Source: Bacillota bacterium | GTDB taxonomy: Bacteria > Bacillota > Clostridia > Christensenellales > UBA3700 | Length of the DNA stretch: 64,000 bases | NCBI GenBank assembly: GCA_023396095.1 | Contig: JAEWXG010000012.1 | Location: 189,365-253,364, forward strand | Direction: 5' to 3' | Part shown: one piece after another, positions 1 to 9,027 of the stretch | How positions within the stretch are numbered: the stretch's first letter is position 1 | How the letters are laid out: each line of letters opens with the position of its first letter | Notes under the pieces: generated by a model | The model's database searches: none | Seen by the model: only the letters and a program-made list of their open reading frames with translations | Told to the model about the DNA's origin: nothing | Program-made: the position numbers and the translations under genes

Positions 1-1894
1 TCCGCATATACGATGGACAAATACTCATTGCCTTTATCACCATTTTTATATACCATTCCACGACATCACACTTTTCGCAGAATTTCTCGAATTTTCGTTC
101 CGAAGAGGAGCGGACTTCCGCAGAAGAAAGGTAGCCTTGATATACATTTTTCTTCATTTCCAACTGTGTTTTTGCTGTACCATCATAGGTAAACAGACAG
201 GACTGTGGAATTCGGAACGGCACTTTGGATATTTGATCAATATCAAGGGAAAGCTGTTGAAGTTCCGCTGCCATTGCTTCACGAATCGTATGGCGCAGCA
301 GATTGGCGTTATTAATTACAAAGGCGTAGACTTCTCTCGGCTCCATCGCGAGGATTTTACGGCTGTATGTAAAATTGCGATCAAATAACTTACGAATGAT
401 CGTATTCATATAGCTGTATTCCATACCAATTTCCATACCGATTTTCCCCACCTTCTGATGGTACATATGACCGTGATCGTGGGTATTTAGCTTTTCTGCA
501 ATTACTACCGTATTCATATCTGCCGAAGCAAAATCTAAAGTTGCGGTTCCTCCCGAAAGGGTATGGCGCAGAATATCGGTGCTAAACTCAAAACCCGCCG
601 CCTGCAAGCGTGCCTTGTTCTCCGACTTATTTAAGCCAGTCTTGAATTTTTCTTCAAAATACTTTGCTACAGAGAGCAGAGCCTTTTTAGGATTGCGGTA
701 GTCTGTCACCATTGTTCTCTGTTCGGAAGTCAGGGTGATGCCTTTATACTCATTTTTAAGGAACAGGATAGCTGCTTCTAACGCCCCCTTACCGAGACTC
801 AGCTTGACACCAGCAGTGAATTTTTCATCGAAAGTGTAGAGATAACAACTATCCAGCAAATCTTTGCCGTAGTGGCGCGCCTCCGGTATACGGCGAATAC
901 GCCCAATGGTCTGAATTTCAAAGGTTTCATCCATATTGTCACGGAGCTTTACCAAAATGGCGGCTCTCGGACAGTCCCATCCTGTGGCAACAGCTTGCTT
1001 GATAATAACGGCAACAGAGGGAGCATTGATTTCTTCAATGCCCTCCAAGTTTTCGTGCATATCAGAGAGCCACACCGCAAGCTGATTGTTTTCATAGGTT
1101 ACTCCCTGCATTTCAAACCAGCGTTCCACATCGTCCTGTAATTTTTCGAATTTGTTTGGAATCTGCACCACGATCAAAGGATTAATATCCTTCCCGTCGG
1201 AAAGAAATTCAGCACGGATTTCACGTTGCTTGGCATAAGCCTGTTCTAACAGATAGCTGGTTGCATTATCCATTTCTACCTGCTGGGGAAAATCCTCATT
1301 AATTATGAGCATTTTCTTGATAAGTCCCTCTGCAATAACATCCACTTCAGGAATTTCTATGAGTTCCGCATTTTTAAAACCTTTCGGAGTCGCAGAGCAA
1401 CGGATGATTTTGTCCGTATGGAAATACTGGATGATCTCATCTGCTTTGACCGTGTTGTTCTGATGGCTTTCGTCCACAATAACAATAAAATGCAAATCGG
1501 CGTTCAGAGCGTGTTCGATATGCTCCAAAAAGTTGGTGCGTTCGCTGTCTTTCAAGGCGTTGTTACCCTTTTTCGTCAGCTTTTCCCAGTTGATGAAACA
1601 GTTATCATTTTCTTCAAAGCCACCCGCCATTACATCGGAGAGCAGCTTTGTCTGAGCAGCGTGGCTATACTTATCCATCTTTTCCTTGCTCTGTTCTTCC
1701 AAATTGCCCTTGCCGGGGGTAAGCCATACAAATACGATATTGCGGTATGATTGCACATATTGGTGCATAAAATAGGTAAGAATAATCGTTTTTCCGCTGC
1801 TCGTAAGGCTTTTTAGGATAATGTCACGGACAGGCTTGTCCATCGCCTCAAAAAGCGATTTTACAGCCGATAATTGGAAATTTTTCAGTTGCAT
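1..1894 (-). CDS. res: Type III restriction enzyme Res subunit (SF2 helicase-nuclease), N-terminal 631 codons; the gene runs off the left edge
   Basis: Absent from the ORF track because there is no stop in the window. My translation from ATG 1894..1892 stays open to nt 1 (MQLKNFQLSAVKSLFEAMDKP...). It shows P-loop LTSSGKT, a DEAH-like box VIVDESHQ (GTG codon at 1477), SATP, and motif VI QTIGRIRR (CAG codon at 913). All are in the frame of the ATG. The start is 3 nt after the mod stop, the classic mod->res order. Confidence 0.75.
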   Translation of the reverse strand, partial: MQLKNFQLSAVKSLFEAMDKPVRDIILKSLTSSGKTIILTYFMHQYVQSYRNIVFVWLTPGKGNLEEQSKEKMDKYSHAAQTKLLSDVMAGGFEENDNCFINWEKLTKKGNNALKDSERTNFLEHIEHALNADLHFIVIVDESHQNNTVKADEIIQYFHTDKIIRCSATPKGFKNAELIEIPEVDVIAEGLIKKMLIINEDFPQQVEMDNATSYLLEQAYAKQREIRAEFLSDGKDINPLIVVQIPNKFEKLQDDVERWFEMQGVTYENNQLAVWLSDMHENLEGIEEINAPSVAVIIKQAVATGWDCPRAAILVKLRDNMDETFEIQTIGRIRRIPEARHYGKDLLDSCYLYTFDEKFTAGVKLSLGKGALEAAILFLKNEYKGITLTSEQRTMVTDYRNPKKALLSVAKYFEEKFKTGLNKSENKARLQAAGFEFSTDILRHTLSGGTATLDFASADMNTVVIAEKLNTHDHGHMYHQKVGKIGMEIGMEYSYMNTIIRKLFDRNFTYSRKILAMEPREVYAFVINNANLLRHTIREAMAAELQQLSLDIDQISKVPFRIPQSCLFTYDGTAKTQLEMKKNVYQGYLSSAEVRSSSERKFEKFCEKCDVVEWYIKMVIKAMSICPSYMR

Positions 1895-1897
1895 CGC

Positions 1898-3700
1898 TTA
1901 CACCTCCTGTAAATCACGATAATAGTAGTCGGGAATGATATTGATTTCAATACTATGGTCAGCAAGGGATTGTTCCTGTTCCTCCCCGGGCAGCAGATCG
2001 TGCCCCATATACAATTTGTTGCACTTGCCGTAGGCTTCGATATTTGTCATAAAATCATCAAGTTCTTCTTCGGTCAGCACGATAGCAATTTCTGCATTAC
2101 CCGTGAAATTTACGCCGTTTTCAAGTTCAACAAGTTCACGGATATGCTTTAACAACTCGTCCGCATATTCGTAATACATACGATCAGAGATGGGAATATA
2201 GTCAACTTTATAATATTTCAGGCTTGCAGGATAGTTCTCCTTATCGATTACACGCCTAATGCGCTCATAGGTAACATCACGGCAAATATTGTTTTCGTTG
2301 TTGGTACAAAGGATAAATTTACGATTACCGCGATCTTCTGCATTTAGTTTCATCACTGCGTGTCCTGTTGTTCCACTACCGGCGAAAAAATCTAAAATGG
2401 TATTGTTTTTCCCTTGTTTAAGTGAAACAAGGTATTCAATCAAGTCTAAGTTTTTTGGATTGCTAAATGTTGCTCTAACACCCATTACATCCGTCAAAAC
2501 ATTCGTTCCGTCATTTGTTGAATAATCCACAATACTTCTCGAGTTACTTTGCTCTATAGAAATATAGAATAACTGCCCATTTTGTTCAATAATACTTTCA
2601 GCAGGAACAAAGGTGCGTTTTTTTACGGATAAATTCGAGCGTTTACCTGTAATAATGATATTATCGGTTTCGTTATTGAATTTTTCTAATGCCCACGTCC
2701 AACACCCCAATTTGCCACGAACTTTTGGTGGCAATATTGGAATATAGCCTTTTTCTATAAGCGATTCATCGTGAGAGTATATTTCTTCAATAGCATTAGA
2801 TGTACGGGCTAATTCTACATCGTAGTCTGCGATTGCAATTTTATCGTCTGTGTTGGGATAATAATATATCGTATATCCAAGATTTGGCCGAGCGTTAAGA
2901 GTGCCGCCTTCACCGCGAGTTGTAATTGCATCACCGACATAATAATATCTATTACCCTCTTTTACAGCGGGACGATATTTTTGTTTAATCTGTAACAAAG
3001 TAGGTTTCACACGGGAACCGTTAATATAAAGAGTTTTCTTTCTATAAGCAAGGATATATTCGTGATTTTTCTGTATATTTACAGTATCATTTTTTGCGTT
3101 CATCTTGTTTTGTATGATAATGCCCATAAAATTATCTGCGCTGAATACATCGTCGCACAACAATTTTAAAGGTGCTTGCTCATTATCATCAATTTGAATA
3201 AATATTGCACCTTCATTTGAAAGAAGTTTTTTTTGCAATAGTTAATCTTTCTGACATAAAAGAAACCCATTTACTGTGTTTGAACGAGTCTTCAGAATCA
3301 ACAAAAATATCATCATATATAAAATCCTTATTTCCTGTGTTATATGGCGGATCTATATAAATAAGATCAATTTTGCCCTTGTGTGTTTTTTCAAGCAATT
3401 TAAGAGAAGCAAGATTGTCTCCCTCAATGAGAAAATTCATTTGCCACCATTATCAAAGAATAAATCTTTATCCTCCGTTAGTACAGGCGTATGGGTATCC
3501 AGCACTTCGTCAATTTCTTCACGGTGCTCCTCAAATATAAGTCCGTATTTCTTTCCGTTTACATCTTTTTCAAGGTTGGAAAGATAGGAAAGCAGATTAC
3601 CTGTATTTTCATCCTGCGGTGCAGCAGAAATAAAGGTTCGGATTCCCTTGATTTTATTCAACAAATCCTCACGCTTCTGTTTGGATATATTTATACTCAT
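1898..3700 (-). pseudogene. mod: Type III R-M Mod subunit (beta-class DNA methyltransferase) spread over three reading frames
   Basis: Fragment A is 3700..3437 (RBS AAGGAG; MSINISKQ...KKYGLIFEEHREE...PVLTED). Fragment B is 3440..3213 (NFLIEGDNLASLKLL...IDLIYIDPPYNTG, motif IV). Fragment C is ~3232..1898 (LLSNEGAIFIQIDDNEQ, then FFAGSGTTGHAV, motif I FxGxG). The B/C break sits in an A8 run (T8 on the + strand, 3227..3234). The A/B break is an ATGA overlap at 3437..3440. Confidence 0.7.
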
Positions 3701-3839
3701 ATCGTTACTCCTTAAATTCATTCGGAATTTCTTTTTCAAATCCTGATATATATTGTTTTTCTGTTTTTACAATTTCCTTTTTAAAAGACTTTCTAAACTG
3801 TTTCATTACATTATCAAAATTTAAATCTTACATCCCTTT

Positions 3840-4733
3840 CTACCTCACTTTATTTACAAGACTCTTAACTAAGTCCTTATCTTCTATCTTCGTAAATCCA
3901 AAGCTCTTTTTACCAGCATCCTTTATAGAAGCTCCTACGTGATAAACTTCTGCTTTATCTATGATTAAAAATCTATCATGAAAATCTGTTGTAGTTTTAA
4001 CCGATAGCTTTGGATATTGAGCGTTAAATTTCGTTATATCTTTTGTTGATAAGCTTCCTTTACCGGCTGTCACAATTACAGCATCCACGCTCCGATTTTT
4101 CTTACACAGAATATTTAATGTGTTGACATCTACATAGTTATCAATCAAGACGATTTCTTTCTTAGCCTTTTTAACAAGTCCCACAATAAAGCTAAATGCA
4201 TCATATATTTGCCCATCGAAAAATATATTTTGCTTAACCTCAGTATTGGTCGCAATATAATTAAATACTTCTTCCAGTTTCCTATCTGTTTCCAATTGTT
4301 TTAACTCCACTCTGTCAAGACGAGCGAACATCTCTCGGTTAGAAAGCAAAAAATTTCTCATCTCCACAAAACTATTCATGATTTTAATACTGATTTCCAC
4401 TGCCACATCACTTTTAAGCACAGCAGAAAGCATGGCGATACCTTGTTCTGTAAATACATATGGCATATATCTTCTGCCACCATAATTATTATTGGAACTT
4501 GAGCTTCCATTTTGGAATCTCAAGTTTTCATATTCAAATTCCGTTAATTGAAAACAAAAGTGTTCTGGAAATCTTGATAAATTTCTTTTCATCGCTTTAT
4601 TTAAATTACCAGTAGTAACTTTATATAATTCTGCGAGATCACTATCTACCATTACCTGTTTGCCTCTAATGGTATAAATCATATTCTGTATTTCTCTATT
4701 ATCAACAATGGCGAGATTTTTATCTTCTGTCAT
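3840..4733 (-). CDS. ORF6N (KilA-N-like) DNA-binding domain protein with a C-terminal PLD-like domain
   Basis: N-terminus IYTIRGKQVMVDSDLAELYKV...RFPEHFCFQLT...GGRRYMPYVFTEQGIAMLS is the ORF6N signature. The C-terminus carries FHDRFLIIDKAEVYHVGASIKDAGKK. The likely start is the second ATG (4733), preceded by GGAGG; the track start at 4745 is 4 codons upstream. Confidence 0.8.
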   Translation of the reverse strand: MTEDKNLAIVDNREIQNMIYTIRGKQVMVDSDLAELYKVTTGNLNKAMKRNLSRFPEHFCFQLTEFEYENLRFQNGSSSSNNNYGGRRYMPYVFTEQGIAMLSAVLKSDVAVEISIKIMNSFVEMRNFLLSNREMFARLDRVELKQLETDRKLEEVFNYIATNTEVKQNIFFDGQIYDAFSFIVGLVKKAKKEIVLIDNYVDVNTLNILCKKNRSVDAVIVTAGKGSLSTKDITKFNAQYPKLSVKTTTDFHDRFLIIDKAEVYHVGASIKDAGKKSFGFTKIEDKDLVKSLVNKVR

Positions 4734-4752
4734 AAATACCTCCATCTTTTAG

Positions 4753-4790
4753 AACTTGAGATTCCATCTTGCCACCTCAAGTTTTTTATT
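4753..4790. other. Hairpin between the HTH and ORF6N genes
   Basis: An 8-bp stem, AACTTGAG (4753..4760) paired with CTCAAGTT (4775..4782), is followed by a T-run on the + strand. It overlaps the HTH stop codon. It could be an intra-operon attenuator or a terminator of antisense transcription. Confidence 0.3.
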
Positions 4791-4995
4791 TCTTTTGCTC
4801 TATAATTGAAACCATATCTCCAAAATCAACACCTAATTTGGTTCCGATACGATATAAAACATCCATGCTTACAAACTCGCCTCTGCCCATTTTAGATATA
4901 GTTGCGGGAGATAATTCACAAGCATTCGTCAATTCTTTTTTATTCATATTTTTATCTATTAAAACTTTCCACAACCCGTTATAACTGACTTTCAT
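4786..4995 (-). CDS. XRE/Cro-type helix-turn-helix regulator, possible controller (C) protein of the cassette
   Basis: 69 aa. MNKKELTNACELSPATISKMGRGEFVSMDVL is a typical HTH_3 core. RBS AAGGAG lies 7 nt upstream of the ATG. It is the first gene of the co-directional HTH-ORF6N-mod-res string. Confidence 0.8.
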   Translation of the reverse strand: MKVSYNGLWKVLIDKNMNKKELTNACELSPATISKMGRGEFVSMDVLYRIGTKLGVDFGDMVSIIEQKK

Positions 4996-5012
4996 GTTTT
5001 CACTCCTTAATT

Positions 5013-5046
5013 ATAAGTTTATAAAGTTATTTTATACATTATAACA
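5013..5046 (-). promoter_or_regulatory. Extended -10 promoter (TGTTATAAT) followed by an 18-bp near-palindrome, candidate operator for the HTH gene
   Basis: On the minus strand, TGT+TATAAT occupies 5046..5038. ATAACTTTATAAACTTAT at 5030..5013 matches its own reverse complement at 16 of 18 positions and has a perfect TTTATAAA core. It sits at the predicted transcription start, just upstream of the RBS. Confidence 0.3.
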
Positions 5047-5134
5047 TTTTCGCTACAATTTTTAAAGAACTAAATTTTGAAAGTGCTTTATTTGCTTATT
5101 ACTCTAGAAATTAGAATTTGAAAAAGGAGAATAA

Positions 5135-5587
5135 ATGATAAGAATTGAAGAAATACCGGTAGAAAGAATTAATGAATACTTTGACATTCAGTTTCGTTAT
5201 TTAGTTGATGATGGAATGATTACCACGGATGAAGAAAAAGATTATTTTCAAAGTTCAGAGTATCGAGATGTTTTAAAAGGTCATATGCTTCGTACTCCTG
5301 ACACATTACATATGCTTTATTTCGTGCGTGATGGGGTTAGAATCGGCGCATCTCAATACTGTACTTATAAGAGTGAAGACAGAAAATGTTTCATCCTAGA
5401 TTTCTGGGTTTTCCCGAGGTATAGAGGCAATGGAACAGGTCACGAATGCGCTCAAAGGTTTTTTGAGCACACAAAGAATGATGGTGCTTTGTATTATGCT
5501 CTCAATTATGCGAAAGAGGATTCCCGCAGATTCTGGCGTCTCTTGGATTTATTGACAATGGTATCGATGAGTACGGCTCTCCGTTGA
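5135..5587 (+). CDS. GNAT family N-acetyltransferase with a frameshifted C-terminal tail
   Basis: RBS AAGGAG. Acetyl-CoA motif FWVFPRYRGNGTGHECAQRFF. After ...DSRRFW the called frame reads RLLDLLTMVSMSTALR*. The neighbouring frame reads SLGFIDNGIDEYGSPLMIKK* (stop at 5598..5600), which is a typical GNAT C-terminus. Confidence 0.7.
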   Translation: MIRIEEIPVERINEYFDIQFRYLVDDGMITTDEEKDYFQSSEYRDVLKGHMLRTPDTLHMLYFVRDGVRIGASQYCTYKSEDRKCFILDFWVFPRYRGNGTGHECAQRFFEHTKNDGALYYALNYAKEDSRRFWRLLDLLTMVSMSTALR

Positions 5588-5663
5588 TGATTAAGAAATA
5601 GACGACTCCGAGTTTATCTAAATCATATTTTAAAGGAATATTTGCTTTTAGCTACACACAAAG

Positions 5664-5697
5664 AGACCGCAACCACTAAGCTACGGTCTATTTTTTT
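5664..5697 (+). terminator. Rho-independent terminator after the GNAT gene
   Basis: AGACCG (5664..5669) pairs with CGGTCT (5684..5689). After one A (5690), a T7 run follows (5691..5697). Confidence 0.55.
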
Positions 5698-5830
5698 ATA
5701 TTTTCTTGTAAAGCCACTTGAAGCTATTATTGGATTTATTCTTTTTGAAATCTTTACCCAATTTTGTCCCAGTTGATCATTTCAACAGGCTGTAAACCTT
5801 GATTTTAAGCCATTTTCGAGAAAATCTGCT

Positions 5831-7357
5831 CTATTCCCACTCAATTGTTCCTGGAGGTTTTGACGTTATATCATAAACTACTCTATTTACCCCATCAACT
5901 TCATTGATGATTCTACTCATACATTTATTCAAAAAAGCATATGGCAATTCGGCCACTTCTGCAGTCATAAAGTCTATTGTCTTAATGGCACGCAATACTA
6001 TAGTTTTTCCGTATGTCCTTTTGCCATTTTTAACACCTACTGCTTTTATATCTGCTAAAGCTGCAAAATATTGTGATATTTCATTATTTAAATTGGCTTT
6101 TTCAATTTCATCTCTAAATATTTTATCAGCATCTTGCAACGTCTTTGCTTTTTCCGCTGTTATTTCTCCTAGTATTCTTACTCCTATTCCTGGTCCTGGG
6201 AATGGTTGTCTAAAAACAAGATTATGAGGTATTCCTAATTCTAATCCAACTGCTCTAACTTCGTCTTTAAATAACATTTTTAAAGGTTCAAGTAATTCTT
6301 TAAAGTCAACATGTTCAGGCAATCCTCCGACATTATGATGACTTTTTATTACTTCCCCTTTTCCAATACCAGATTCAATTATATCTGGGTAAATAGTTCC
6401 TTGTGCAAAAAAATCAACGGATCCTAATTTCTTAGATTCTTCCTCAAAAACTCTAATAAACTCTTCTCCTATTATTTTTCTCTTTTTTTCTGGATCAGTA
6501 ACCCCTGCTAATTTTGAATAAAACCTTTCTTGTGCATCAATTTTTATAAAATTCACATCATACTTAGTTTTAAAAACTTCCTGAACTTCATTTGCTTCAT
6601 TCTTTCTCATTAAACCGTGATCAACTAATATGCAAGTTAATTTCTTTCCTATTGCTTTGCTTATTAACACTGCGCATACTGTTGAATCCACGCCACCAGA
6701 TAAAGCAAGTAATACTTTTTTATCACCAACTTTCTCTTTAATTTCTTGGATCATCTGCGCAGTATAATTCCCCATATTCCATTTTCCTTCACATTCACAA
6801 ATGTTAAATAGAAAATTTTCTATAATTTTTTCTGTTTGTACTTCGCGCTCAGGATGAAAAGCAACCCCATATATCTTCATTTTATCGTTCATAATAGAAA
6901 TATTGGTTTGATTTTCTAATGATGCTAGTGAGATAAATCCATTCTTTAATTCTATAATTTCATTAATTTTATCAAAATAAAACTCTGTATTTTGCTCTAT
7001 ATTTTTGAATAAATTAGAGTTTTTAAAATCAATTTTTTTGTTTGATTCAATTGATTTTCTAACCTGATTGACTGCCATTCCAAATTTAGCAGCAATTAAA
7101 TCCATGCCGTAACCAATTGCAAGAACTGGCACATTTAAATCAAATAGATGATCTACTAAATATTTTTTCTCATCATTAACATCATAATTAATATCTCCTG
7201 TTAATATTATTCCGGAAACATTATTTTCTGTTAAAGTAGAAAAATCTGCATCGTATGGCATTACTTCACAATAGATATTTTTCTTTCTTGTTATTCTAGC
7301 TATTGTTGCACTATAATGCCCACCAAAATCAATTATAATTACTTGCTCTTTTTCCAT
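5831..7357 (-). CDS. guaA: GMP synthase (glutamine-hydrolysing type; the GATase domain appears degenerate)
   Basis: Full-length collinearity with GuaA: P-loop LALSGGVDSTV, KSHHNVGGLP, C-terminal PPGTIEWE. See the finding on the GATase active site. Confidence 0.95.
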   Translation of the reverse strand: MEKEQVIIIDFGGHYSATIARITRKKNIYCEVMPYDADFSTLTENNVSGIILTGDINYDVNDEKKYLVDHLFDLNVPVLAIGYGMDLIAAKFGMAVNQVRKSIESNKKIDFKNSNLFKNIEQNTEFYFDKINEIIELKNGFISLASLENQTNISIMNDKMKIYGVAFHPEREVQTEKIIENFLFNICECEGKWNMGNYTAQMIQEIKEKVGDKKVLLALSGGVDSTVCAVLISKAIGKKLTCILVDHGLMRKNEANEVQEVFKTKYDVNFIKIDAQERFYSKLAGVTDPEKKRKIIGEEFIRVFEEESKKLGSVDFFAQGTIYPDIIESGIGKGEVIKSHHNVGGLPEHVDFKELLEPLKMLFKDEVRAVGLELGIPHNLVFRQPFPGPGIGVRILGEITAEKAKTLQDADKIFRDEIEKANLNNEISQYFAALADIKAVGVKNGKRTYGKTIVLRAIKTIDFMTAEVAELPYAFLNKCMSRIINEVDGVNRVVYDITSKPPGTIEWE

Positions 7358-7378
7358 ATATCCTCTCTATTTTATCCT

Positions 7379-8842
<1,464 letters not shown>

Positions 8843-9027
8843 TTACCTCACTATTTTTTTTATTTTAATCATTTTAAACAAGTTAAGTTTTAAAGTCAAA
8901 CCATATTACTAAAGCCAATTATTAAAAAATTTTATTTAAGTATTACTTTTATTTATCCTTATATTTTTATTAATGTTTAACTTTATGTATTATATGTTAT
9001 AATCTATATTATTAATTTATTTAGATA

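Noticed and set aside
3705-3806. A 33-codon ORF (MKQFRKSFKKEIVKTEKQYISGFEKEIPNEFKE*) fills the ORF6N-mod gap on the coding strand.
   Set aside because: There is no Shine-Dalgarno sequence upstream of its ATG, the composition is Lys/Glu-rich and low-complexity, and I recognise nothing in it. I cannot support it as a gene from sequence alone.
5660-5700. On the minus strand, the terminator hairpin after the GNAT gene contains GACCGUAGCUUAGUGGUUGCGGUC. This resembles a tRNA 5' end plus D-arm (UAGCUnAGUGGU) and might be an att remnant.
   Set aside because: There is no complementary D-stem closure, anticodon arm or T-arm. The resemblance is limited to ~12 nt, and the hairpin itself explains the sequence.
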